From positions 1-43,044 of the forward strand of contig DASPKH010000206.1 in NCBI GenBank assembly GCA_035628175.1: a stretch of DNA of 43,044 nt, in the 5' to 3' direction. Shown here in pieces: positions 9,411-17,664 of the stretch. The DNA comes from Patescibacteria group bacterium. Lineage in GTDB: Bacteria > Bacteroidota > Ignavibacteria > Kapaibacteriales > DASPKH01. Every line of letters starts with the position of its first letter. Within the stretch, counting starts at the first letter, position 1. Under the pieces are notes generated by a model. That model had not been told where the DNA came from, did not search any database, and was given only the letters and a program-made list of their open reading frames with translations. The translations under genes were made by a program, and so were the position numbers.

Positions 9411-11489
9411 ATGAAACAATTCCGCAATATTATTGCCCTTTTTGTGCTGGCAGCGACAGTTGCAACAGCGCAAACGGATATTACAAAACGTCCGGAAACA
9501 ATTCCAGGCAAAAAATTCGCTTTCCCGAAATACACGGAAACCAAGCTGAAAAACGGTTTAAAAGTATTTATTATCGAAGACCACGAGCAGCCGACCATGA
9601 TGCTTCGCCTTCAGGTACACGCAGGCGAAACACAAGATAGAAAACTGGGAACCGCCTATATGACCGGTTTGCTCCTGACAAAAGGCGCTGACGGCCGTTC
9701 AGCACTTGAAATTGCTGAAGCAGTGGATGGCGTAGGCGCGAGCATTAGCGCATCTGCATCGGGCGATATTACGTCAGTTTCTGCTTCTTTTTTAAAAAAG
9801 CACATGAATCTCATGATGGATATTTTCTCGGATGTCATTGTGCGCCCGGAATTTCCATCAGATGAAAAAGACAAACTGATGCCCCAGGTAATTGGTGAGA
9901 TCAAAAGCCAGAAATCGAATGCAAGCGAAGTTGCCCAGGCAATGGCACGCAAAGTGGTATATGGTGAAAAACATCCGTACGCTTTGAAAAAGACTGAAGA
10001 ATCGGTGAACTCCATTGAAATGAGTGATATCCGCGACTTTTACAGAAATTATTTTCTTCCAAATAATGCGTCACTTGCTGTTGTCGGCGACGTAACGGCA
10101 AAAGAAATTCTTCCTGTACTTGAAAAAGCATTTGCTAATTGGAAAGCTGGAAGTGTGCCGCCGACAACCGTACCTAAGCCGACCCCAATGCCACGCGGCG
10201 TGTACTTTGTAAAACGCCCGGGAGCCGTGCAGTCGGCAACCATCGTTACGGCCCTTGGCGTGCCATACGGCCACCAGGATTATGAAGCAATGCGCCTTCT
10301 CGGCAGCTACTATGGCTCAGGCTTCGGCGGTCGCCTTTTTAAAACGCTCCGCGAAACCCATTCTTATACATATACGCCATTTGGCTTTATTACCAGCGCA
10401 AAGCACATGAACCGCTTTGTAGCGGGCGCCGAAGTGCGCAATGCCGTGACGGATTCTGCAATCAATGTGGTTTTAAAAGAATTCTCCGCTGTTACCAATG
10501 CTGAGCCTCCGGTAAAAGACCTCGAACTTATTAAGAAGTCCGAAATCGGAGAATACCTGCTTTCATTCGAGCAGCCGGAAGTCCTTGCAATGCTACTTCA
10601 AAGTGCCGATTTTAATGGCATTCCGGTTGAACGTTTAAAATCATATCCGAACCGTCTTGCCGCTATGAATGGCTCAGACATGCGCCGTATAGCTCAGCAG
10701 TATTTAAAACCCGAGCAGCTATCCTACATCGTCGTTGGAAATCCAGACGTAATGGAATCGCTCCGTCAGTTTGGGCCTGTGTATGAGTACAACCTTGACC
10801 TCGTGTCAGCAAGCGGTGCGGGTCTGGAAAAAGTCAATATGAACGCTTCAGAAATATTTGACCGCTATGTACAGGCGATTGGCGGGAAATCTAAACTCAA
10901 TAGTGTAAGGTCAATGGTAAATAATGCGGCTGTGGAATTTTCTTTCGGACCTCAGACAATGAAGGGAACTTCCGTGAAAAAGCAAACTTCTGACGGCAAA
11001 ATGGTAATGAGGCTGGATGCGCAGATGGTAAAGCAAAGTATGTGGATGAGCGGTGGCCGTGGGTGGATATCACAGCAGGGATCACCGGCAATGGAGCAGC
11101 AGGGAGAAGAGCTTGACAAGCTAAAAGAAGAGGCTACTTTGTTTGCTGAAGCACGTATCCTTGAGCTTGGCTCCACAGGAGAAACGTTAGGAAAGAAGAA
11201 CGGTGAGATCCATGTGAAAGTGGTTTCTGCATCAAAAGAAGAGAAAACCTACGTTTTTGACGAGGGCTCTTTCCTTTTAAAAAGAATTGAAGGAACGCAG
11301 GATATGGGGCAGGGCCCAGCGCCAATGACCCAAAAATTCGAAGGCTATATAACAATTGACGGAATCCAACTTCCAAAAACAACAATTGTTGAAACGCCGA
11401 TGTTTACGGTGAAAATGGATAATTCATATCAGCTAAATGCAACAATACCTGATGATGAATTTAATCCACCACCATCTGCAGGCAAATAA
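9411..11489 (+). CDS. M16 family peptidase-like protein lacking HxxEH (non-catalytic partner) with a ~235-aa C-terminal extension
   Basis: Signal peptide MKQFRNIIALFVLAATVATAQ. M16 N and C domains align with the upstream gene but there is no HxxEH. The extra C-terminal domain begins near EIFDRYVQAIGGKSKLNSVRSM. Confidence 0.85.
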   Translation: MKQFRNIIALFVLAATVATAQTDITKRPETIPGKKFAFPKYTETKLKNGLKVFIIEDHEQPTMMLRLQVHAGETQDRKLGTAYMTGLLLTKGADGRSALEIAEAVDGVGASISASASGDITSVSASFLKKHMNLMMDIFSDVIVRPEFPSDEKDKLMPQVIGEIKSQKSNASEVAQAMARKVVYGEKHPYALKKTEESVNSIEMSDIRDFYRNYFLPNNASLAVVGDVTAKEILPVLEKAFANWKAGSVPPTTVPKPTPMPRGVYFVKRPGAVQSATIVTALGVPYGHQDYEAMRLLGSYYGSGFGGRLFKTLRETHSYTYTPFGFITSAKHMNRFVAGAEVRNAVTDSAINVVLKEFSAVTNAEPPVKDLELIKKSEIGEYLLSFEQPEVLAMLLQSADFNGIPVERLKSYPNRLAAMNGSDMRRIAQQYLKPEQLSYIVVGNPDVMESLRQFGPVYEYNLDLVSASGAGLEKVNMNASEIFDRYVQAIGGKSKLNSVRSMVNNAAVEFSFGPQTMKGTSVKKQTSDGKMVMRLDAQMVKQSMWMSGGRGWISQQGSPAMEQQGEELDKLKEEATLFAEARILELGSTGETLGKKNGEIHVKVVSASKEEKTYVFDEGSFLLKRIEGTQDMGQGPAPMTQKFEGYITIDGIQLPKTTIVETPMFTVKMDNSYQLNATIPDDEFNPPPSAGK

Positions 11490-11508
11490 TCGTTGCAAAC
11501 TCTTTTAA

Positions 11509-11546
11509 AACTCTGAATGTCTTTGATGATGTTCAGAGTTTTTTGT
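11509..11546 (+). terminator. Intrinsic terminator after the M16 pair
   Basis: Stem AACTCTGAA / TTCAGAGTT followed by TTTTTTG. Confidence 0.5.
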
Positions 11547-11575
11547 TTTTAAAAACAACTGTCTTTTAAAAAATG

Positions 11576-11583
11576 TATTTTTG
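11576..11583 (+). promoter_or_regulatory. Candidate Bacteroidetes-type -7 box (TAnnTTTG)
   Basis: TATTTTTG followed by CA, about 40 nt upstream of the 11623 ORF. The same TTTGCA core recurs at 12426, 19820 and 34671. Confidence 0.3.
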
Positions 11584-11622
11584 CATAGAAATACTTTTTA
11601 AAAACTACTCTTGTAAAAAACA

Positions 11623-12381
11623 TTGATAGACGATCAGGCAGCCCCGATACAAAGCGAGAACAAAACATGGCTTCTTGCATTTAAAGATATATTTTTCGCA
11701 CCACGGAATATCCCGTCACGCGCTCCATTTCCAATTGGCAAAGTTGCTGCAGTTGCAGTTGTAATGTACATTATCAGTGCAATCGGCGCGGCTTATATCA
11801 ACGATTCTCATTCTGGGCTGCGCTATGAACATTTCCGTCTGCGTGCGCTTCCGATTGAAATTGGTCAAAAAAAAGGGGATATTCCACCTATTAAAGCTGC
11901 TGATCTTTTAAAAGATCTGGAAAAAAACTATAGGTTTGAGCTGACAACTGCCCTTACAGCAACGCTTCCACTCGCGGTTTTGTGGCTGCTTTTTTCAACG
12001 TTGATCATATGGATTTTCCAGAGCATTCTTTTTGAAAACTCGCTGACATTTTCTTACACACTTGCATTCGTGAGTTTCGGCAATGCTATTGACGCAGTGG
12101 GAAATCTTTTAAAAACAGTGCTTCACGCAGTCGCCGGGACGCTTCGTGCAGATCCAAGTTTTGGCGCTTTTGTAAATATGTATGATGATCCTATCATGTT
12201 TGCTTTCTTAAGTCGGGTTGATATTTTTACTATTTGGCAATACATCTCAATCGCTCTTGCAATCGCTGCATATCTTGGAGCAGACCGTAGGAAAGCGTAT
12301 ATCCTGGCAGTGCTCGTGATCATGGTAGTCATTTTTTATTTCGGCGCGGGAGCATTTTTAGGCTCAATGCTTGTTGCATAA
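11623..12381 (+). CDS. Yip1-like multi-pass membrane protein (hypothetical)
   Basis: The 252-aa ORF has a TTG start, so the start is uncertain. It has 4-5 predicted TM helices after a soluble N-terminus, a layout resembling the Yip1/DUF1282 family. Confidence 0.55.
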   Translation: MIDDQAAPIQSENKTWLLAFKDIFFAPRNIPSRAPFPIGKVAAVAVVMYIISAIGAAYINDSHSGLRYEHFRLRALPIEIGQKKGDIPPIKAADLLKDLEKNYRFELTTALTATLPLAVLWLLFSTLIIWIFQSILFENSLTFSYTLAFVSFGNAIDAVGNLLKTVLHAVAGTLRADPSFGAFVNMYDDPIMFAFLSRVDIFTIWQYISIALAIAAYLGADRRKAYILAVLVIMVVIFYFGAGAFLGSMLVA

Positions 12382-12425
12382 GTGATGTTTCCATTTTTAA
12401 AAATGAGAAAATATTAATTTTTGTG

Positions 12426-12433
12426 TACATTTG
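12426..12433 (+). promoter_or_regulatory. Candidate -7 box (TAnnTTTG)
   Basis: TACATTTG followed by CAGGAA, 32 nt upstream of the ATG at 12465. The context ATTTGCAGGAA is shared with 19820. Confidence 0.3.
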
Positions 12434-12464
12434 CAGGAAAGATGTACCTTTTTAAAAGAAGCGT

Positions 12465-13529
12465 ATGAAACAACGTCGAAAAATACTTTTCATCTGTGGT
12501 TCTCTGAACCAAACAACGATGATGCACCAGATCGCGAAGCATCTGCCAGAGTGCGAAGTGTTTTATACGCCGTATTATGCTGACGGTTTTTTGCAATTTA
12601 TGGCAGAGCACGGGTTTGCAGATTTCACCGTTCTCGGCGGCCCACAGCGCAGAAATACAGAGCGCTATCTTTCTGAAAATAATCTGCCGGTGGATTTTAA
12701 AGGCCAGAATGATGACTACGACCTCGTGGTGACATGCAGCGATCTCATCGTTCCGAAAAATATCCGCGACAAAAAAGTGGTGCTCGTGCAAGAAGGCATG
12801 ACCGACCCAAGGAACATGTTTTACTACCTCGCGAAATATTGCGGGCTGCCTCGTTACCTTGCCAGCACATCCACAACCGGTCTATCCGACGCGTATAACG
12901 TTTTCTGTGTAGCCTCGGAAGGCTACCGCGACCATTTCATCCGCAGCGGCGTTCGCCCGGAGAAAATTGCTGTGACGGGTATCCCGAATTTTGACAATTG
13001 CGCTGAGTATTTAAAAAATGATTTTCCGCACAAAGGCTATGTTCTTGTGGCGACAAGCGATGCGCGGGAAACCTTTAAATATGAGAACCGCAAAGCATTT
13101 ATATTAAAAGCTGTGGAAATCGCTAACGGACGCCAGCTAATTTTTAAACTGCATCCAAACGAGAATGTTGAGCGCGCGACTCGTGAAATTAATAAATGGG
13201 CGCCCGGCGCTCTGGTCTATTCCACCGCCAATACAAATCATCTTATCGCCAACTGCGAAACGCTCATCACGCGCTTTTCAAGCGTTGTGTACGTGGGAAT
13301 TGCCCTTGGCAAGGAAGTGTATTCGGAATTTGATATAGAAGAATTGCGCCGCTTGACGCCCATTCAGAACGGCTGCCGCTCGGCGGAAAATATCGCTCGC
13401 ATCTGCCGTAGCGTGATGAACGGTGACTTCTACAACGGCTCGGCTATGATGAAAAATCCTGTCCGTAAATTAGAAAAAAGCTACAAGGGGAAACTTGTTC
13501 CGGCGATGGCCAAAGGGAAAAAGAAGTGA
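12465..13529 (+). CDS. GT-B-fold glycosyl/glycerophospho-transferase-like enzyme (SpsG/PseG- or TagF/KpsS-like)
   Basis: Rossmann-like N-terminus KILFICGSLNQT. The second domain carries FKLHPNEN (a K-x-H-P motif) and ITRFSSVVYVGIALGKEV. The family assignment is tentative. Confidence 0.55.
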   Translation: MKQRRKILFICGSLNQTTMMHQIAKHLPECEVFYTPYYADGFLQFMAEHGFADFTVLGGPQRRNTERYLSENNLPVDFKGQNDDYDLVVTCSDLIVPKNIRDKKVVLVQEGMTDPRNMFYYLAKYCGLPRYLASTSTTGLSDAYNVFCVASEGYRDHFIRSGVRPEKIAVTGIPNFDNCAEYLKNDFPHKGYVLVATSDARETFKYENRKAFILKAVEIANGRQLIFKLHPNENVERATREINKWAPGALVYSTANTNHLIANCETLITRFSSVVYVGIALGKEVYSEFDIEELRRLTPIQNGCRSAENIARICRSVMNGDFYNGSAMMKNPVRKLEKSYKGKLVPAMAKGKKK

Positions 13530-13617
13530 TTTGTGATGAGTTCTTTAAAGACTCACAATTCGACATTGTAAAAATCCTGCAATTATAAAATCCTAAAAAT
13601 CTTAGTTTAGACAATAC

Positions 13618-14436
13618 GTGCAATCCGAAGCCGCTCCCCAAAAAATTCTCATCGTTGTTCAGGCGCGAACAGGCTCCACACGCCTTCCCGGAAAAGTCCT
13701 CATGGACGTTTGCGGCAAGACGTTGCTCGAACGCCAAATGGAGCGCGTGATGGCCTCAAAACTTGCTTTTAAAAGCGTTGTTGCCACAACGACGGACGCG
13801 AGCGATGATGCGGTCGAACAATTATGCCGGAAAGCAGGAATCGAATGTTTCCGCGGCCATCCGACGGATTTGCTCGACAGGCATTATGCGGTGGGCGTAG
13901 CTTTTGGCGCGGATGCTGTGGTGAAAATTCCGTCTGACTGCCCGCTGATTGACCCGCGCATTATTGACAAAGTTTTGCAGGTTTTTAAAGAGGTCTGGGG
14001 CAAGGTTGACTTTGTGAGTAATCTGCATCCGCCGACATATCCTGATGGGAATGATGTGGAAGTGATGCCGATGTCTGTGCTTAAAACTGCATGGGAAGAG
14101 GCAAAAGGGGAGCACGAGCGCGAGCACACAACGCCGTTCATCTGGGATAATCCGCAGCGTTTTACAATCAAAAATGTCGAGTGGGAAAGCAGGCTGGACT
14201 ACTCCATGAGCCACCGCTGGACGATTGATTACCCCGAAGATTACGATTTTATAAAAGCTGTGTACGAGGAGTTGCTGCCGAAGAATCCGCTTTTTTCGCT
14301 GGAAGATATTTTAGAGCTTTTAAAAAAGCGTCCAGATATTTGCGCGATAAACGAGCATTATTGCGGTGTGAACTGGTATCGTAATCATCTTGATGTTTTA
14401 AAAACAGTTGGTGTGGAGAATACGAAGATTATTTAG
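13618..14436 (+). CDS. Cytidylyltransferase-domain protein (SpsF / acylneuraminate cytidylyltransferase family)
   Basis: GTG start. The N-terminal motif ILIVVQARTGSTRLPGKVL is typical of CTP_transf_3 enzymes. Length is 272 aa. Confidence 0.8.
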   Translation: MQSEAAPQKILIVVQARTGSTRLPGKVLMDVCGKTLLERQMERVMASKLAFKSVVATTTDASDDAVEQLCRKAGIECFRGHPTDLLDRHYAVGVAFGADAVVKIPSDCPLIDPRIIDKVLQVFKEVWGKVDFVSNLHPPTYPDGNDVEVMPMSVLKTAWEEAKGEHEREHTTPFIWDNPQRFTIKNVEWESRLDYSMSHRWTIDYPEDYDFIKAVYEELLPKNPLFSLEDILELLKKRPDICAINEHYCGVNWYRNHLDVLKTVGVENTKII

Positions 14437-14464
14437 GTTCTTATTCATCAAGCTTTTAAATATT

Positions 14465-14992
14465 ATGCTTAAAAGAATATTTGTCTTAATGGCGATTGTG
14501 CTGCTCGCAAGTTGTGATGACGGGGAAGAGCTGCATCCTTTAAAAATGAACAGAATTCCTTATGAGGGAAATGAGTTGAGAACTGATGGATATTATTATT
14601 CTGAAGCATTCTCAGAAAATGATATAAAGATACTTGTGTTGTATAGGAATGGAGTTTGTTTATTTGAAGTTACGGACTTTAAAGGCCAAGATACTTTAGG
14701 CTATATTGAAAACAACTTTTTACTTAACCCTCGCATCGCTCATTATTGGACCAGACCTTCTGACATTGGAGTATTCCAGATAAACAATAAGTCTCTTACA
14801 ATTGAAGTTTGGGACCCAGGATATGATAATATTGGTACGTACACATATAATTCTGAGATACTTAACGACACAACTTTTCGAGTAACAAAGCAAACTAATA
14901 ATCAGAGCGGCAATTCATATCCATACATACGCACATTTCGCTTTAAACAGTTTAGCCCAAAGCCGGATAGCACTAATAGATTTATAAAATAA
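14465..14992 (+). CDS. Hypothetical lipoprotein (AT-rich ORF)
   Basis: ATG at 14465 (the track ORF starts at 14408). Lipobox in MLKRIFVLMAIVLLASCDDGEE. Sampled 60-nt lines are ~27-35% GC, versus ~55-58% in flanking genes. Confidence 0.7.
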   Translation: MLKRIFVLMAIVLLASCDDGEELHPLKMNRIPYEGNELRTDGYYYSEAFSENDIKILVLYRNGVCLFEVTDFKGQDTLGYIENNFLLNPRIAHYWTRPSDIGVFQINNKSLTIEVWDPGYDNIGTYTYNSEILNDTTFRVTKQTNNQSGNSYPYIRTFRFKQFSPKPDSTNRFIK

Positions 14993-15048
14993 GATTTCAA
15001 ACTTTATAAAAACGACCTTTTAAAAATCAACGAACAACACAAAAAAAT

Positions 15049-15897
15049 ATGAATGTCCCTGAATTACAAAAAATGTCTTTAAAAGTGCGTGAGCATATTT
15101 TAAAAATGTCGACCGATGGCGGATGCTTTACGGGTGCGTCGCTGTCGTGCGCGGATTTGCTCGTGTATCTGTATACGAATTACCTGAATATTTCGCCGAA
15201 TAATTTTAAAAATCCTGAGCGCGATTATCTCTTTTTGTCAAAAGGGCATGACGTGCCGGCGCTGTACGGGACGTTTGTGGAGTTGGGCTGGATGGAGGCG
15301 GAGCGTCTGCAAAATCATTTAAAAACGAATGACTCGGTGTACTGGCATCCGAACCGGAATGTGCCGGGTATTGAGTTCCATTCGGGTTCGCTCGGGCACC
15401 TGCTGAGCGTGGCGATTGGCGTGGCGTACGACTGCAAAATGCGCGGCACGGACAATAAAATTCTCGTGGTGCTCGGCGACGGCGAACTGAACGAGGGTTC
15501 GGTGTGGGAAGCGTGCCTGACGGCACAGGCGTACAAGCTGGATAATCTCATCGCCGTGGTAGACCGCAATCATTTCCAGGCGAATATCCGAACGGAAGAG
15601 CTGATACCGCTGGAGCCGATTACGAATAAATTTGAGGCGTTCGGCTGGAATGCTGTTGGCGTGGACGGCCACGATTTCGACGCAATGGACGCCGCTTTTA
15701 AAAGCCTCGCTCTCGGGCAGGGAAAACCGTGCGCCGTAGTCGCCGATACCCTGCGCGGAAAAGGCGTGAAAAGTATCCAGGAGCGCGCCGACCGCTGGTT
15801 CTGCAACTTCCCGAAAGACGAAGTGGAAATGCTCCTGCGCGAGCTGCATGGCGAAACGATTGATGAGCTGAAAAGCGAAGTGCTGATTGTGCGGTAG
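15049..15897 (+). CDS. Transketolase, N-terminal (TPP-binding) subunit
   Basis: Motifs GHDVPALY, GSLGHLLSVAIGVA and the GDGELNEGSVWEA TPP-binding motif. The 282-aa length is typical of split transketolases. Confidence 0.9.
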   Translation: MNVPELQKMSLKVREHILKMSTDGGCFTGASLSCADLLVYLYTNYLNISPNNFKNPERDYLFLSKGHDVPALYGTFVELGWMEAERLQNHLKTNDSVYWHPNRNVPGIEFHSGSLGHLLSVAIGVAYDCKMRGTDNKILVVLGDGELNEGSVWEACLTAQAYKLDNLIAVVDRNHFQANIRTEELIPLEPITNKFEAFGWNAVGVDGHDFDAMDAAFKSLALGQGKPCAVVADTLRGKGVKSIQERADRWFCNFPKDEVEMLLRELHGETIDELKSEVLIVR

Positions 15898-15947
15898 AAT
15901 CCTTTTAAAAACTCTGAATTCTTTAAAAACTGAAATAAATTTTAAAA

Positions 15948-16856
15948 ATGACATACGAAAACGTTTTAGAAAATCTGGTGCAGTCGGACGACAGGTTTAT
16001 CGTGATGACTGCGGAAAACCGTGCAGCTATCCGCAATCTGCCGTCGAAAATCGGTAAACATTTTTTTGATGTGGGAATCGCCGAGCAGACGATGATTGGC
16101 GCGGCGGCGGGGCTGGCGTTGCGCGGGCGAATACCGGTGACTCATGCGCTGGCGGCCTTCCTGACGATGCGCGCGTATGAATTTATCCGGACGGACGTGG
16201 GCATTTCAGGGCTTCCGGTGAAGCTTGTGGGCGGCGTGCCGGGATTTCTCTCGGACGCGAACGGCCCGACGCACCAGGCGATAGAGGACGTGGCAATAAT
16301 GCGCGGCATCCCGAATATGTGCGTGTTTTGCCCGGCGGACGAGGAGGATATGCTCATCGGGCTGGAAACGGTTTTAAAAAGCGACAAGCCGTTTTACATT
16401 CGCTATAATAATTTAAAACCGGCGGTTTCGCACTCAAAGGATTTTGAAATCGGGAAGGCGGAGACAATTTCTGAAGGCGACGATATTACGATTTTGACCT
16501 ACGGAATGCTGCTGAAACAAGCTGTCGAAGCGGCGGAAATTCTCGGCGGCAAAGGCATGTCGGTACGCGTGGTGAATATGCGAACGCTGAAGCCAATTGA
16601 CACCGACGCGATTTTAAAAGCTGCTGCCGAAACAAAACTTGTCGTGACGCTCGAAGATCATTTTAAAACGGGCGGCCTCTACAGTATCGTTGCCGAAACG
16701 CTCCTTGACAATCAGCAAACCGCTAATGTACTGCCGATAGCGCTCGATAATAAGTGGTTCAAACCCGCGCTGCTGCCGGCTGTGCTGGAGTATGAGGGTT
16801 TTACCGGGCCGCAGATTGCGGAGAAGATTGAGAATAGGTTTTTGGTGGTGAGATAA
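15948..16856 (+). CDS. Transketolase, C-terminal (pyrimidine-binding) subunit
   Basis: Motifs FFDVGIAEQTMIGAAAGLAL, NGPTHQAIEDVAIMRGIPNM and a C-terminal transketolase_C domain. Length is 302 aa. Confidence 0.9.
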   Translation: MTYENVLENLVQSDDRFIVMTAENRAAIRNLPSKIGKHFFDVGIAEQTMIGAAAGLALRGRIPVTHALAAFLTMRAYEFIRTDVGISGLPVKLVGGVPGFLSDANGPTHQAIEDVAIMRGIPNMCVFCPADEEDMLIGLETVLKSDKPFYIRYNNLKPAVSHSKDFEIGKAETISEGDDITILTYGMLLKQAVEAAEILGGKGMSVRVVNMRTLKPIDTDAILKAAAETKLVVTLEDHFKTGGLYSIVAETLLDNQQTANVLPIALDNKWFKPALLPAVLEYEGFTGPQIAEKIENRFLVVR

Positions 16857-16900
16857 GCGGTTAGCAGTCAGCTTTCAGTTTGAAAAATAAGTTCTGAAAT

Positions 16901-16993
16901 TGTCATTGCGAGCGTAGCGTGGCAATCGCGAATACTTTGGACGCGTCATGCTGTATTTGCGATTGCCGCGTCGGAAGACCTCCTCGCAATGAC
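16901..16993. repeat. Long imperfect palindromic (REP/MITE-like) intergenic element
   Basis: Outer arms are GTCATTGCGAG (16902-16912) / CTCGCAATGAC (16983-16993). Inner arms are GGCAATCGCGAATAC (16921-16935) / GTATTTGCGATTGCC (16953-16967), with 1 mismatch. The loop contains ACGCGT. The 73-aa minus-strand ORF (16903-17124) is probably an artefact of this element. Confidence 0.6.
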
Positions 16994-17037
16994 GAACGTA
17001 CATTGTGAGTTTTAAAAGCCAAAAAATACCTAGCCTT

Positions 17038-17628
17038 ATGGCAACATTGCGCACATACGTTTTTGCTTTTTCGATGATTTTCTTTTCGGCGGGGAATGCT
17101 TTTGCGCAAAATCAATCCGAGCAAAATGAAGTAGTTTGCGATACTATTTATAAAAACTACAAAATAAGGTTAATTAAGATTGCTGAAGATGAGTACAATG
17201 AAGATGTTCCGAACACAATATTTTCCTTCCAAAAATTGATTAATGGGAAATATGTTGAAGTCTTTAAAGATTCTATTTACAGCAAATCCCAGTATGTGAT
17301 GTTTGAAGATTTTAATAAAGACAATGTTAAAGATATTCTTGTAAGTCATACTTCTGATACTCGAAGCAATGAGATGTACTATCTGTATTTACTGGACGTT
17401 AAGAATAACAGTTTAAAAAAAGTAAAAAGATTTACAGAGATTAAAAATCCCAGATTCATTCGTAAGTATGGCATCATAGAAAGCTATGTAGTATCTGGAA
17501 CAAATTGGTTGACATTTTACAAACTTGAAAAAGACACAATTAGAGAGTTTGAGGTTATCGTAACAGACAAGCAAGATAGCCCAAATTCATTTGATAAAGT
17601 TACAAGAAAGCGATTCAAAAAGTATTAA
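17038..17628 (+). CDS. Hypothetical secreted protein (AT-rich ORF)
   Basis: ATG at 17038 gives the signal peptide MATLRTYVFAFSMIFFSAGNAFAQ. A sampled line is ~30% GC. There is an FG-GAP-like DFNKDNVKDILV stretch. Confidence 0.65.
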   Translation: MATLRTYVFAFSMIFFSAGNAFAQNQSEQNEVVCDTIYKNYKIRLIKIAEDEYNEDVPNTIFSFQKLINGKYVEVFKDSIYSKSQYVMFEDFNKDNVKDILVSHTSDTRSNEMYYLYLLDVKNNSLKKVKRFTEIKNPRFIRKYGIIESYVVSGTNWLTFYKLEKDTIREFEVIVTDKQDSPNSFDKVTRKRFKKY

Positions 17629-17664
17629 AGAAAAATAAATAACTCAATTTTTAAAAAGAAAAAT

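Noticed and set aside
12414-12791. Minus-strand 125-aa ORF overlapping the start of the GT-B-like gene. Similar shadows occur at 13822-14214, 33579-33977, 35300-35641 and 40452-40904.
   Set aside because: All are antisense to longer ORFs that carry family motifs. None has a signal peptide, motif or plausible start context.
11503-15925. Shared TTTTAAAA(A)CTCTGAAT string after the stops at 11489 and 15897 (also TTTTAAAAACTCTGA at 28373)
   Set aside because: There are only three short (~15 nt) matches, largely made of the abundant octamer itself. That is insufficient to call a distinct repeat family.
15206-15954. Long minus-strand ORFs (211, 106, 84 and 78 aa) inside the transketolase N-subunit gene
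   Set aside because: These are antisense shadows of a GC3-rich gene. Their translations are Arg/Ala/Pro-rich low-complexity sequence with no motifs, whereas the plus-strand product has clear TPP-binding motifs.
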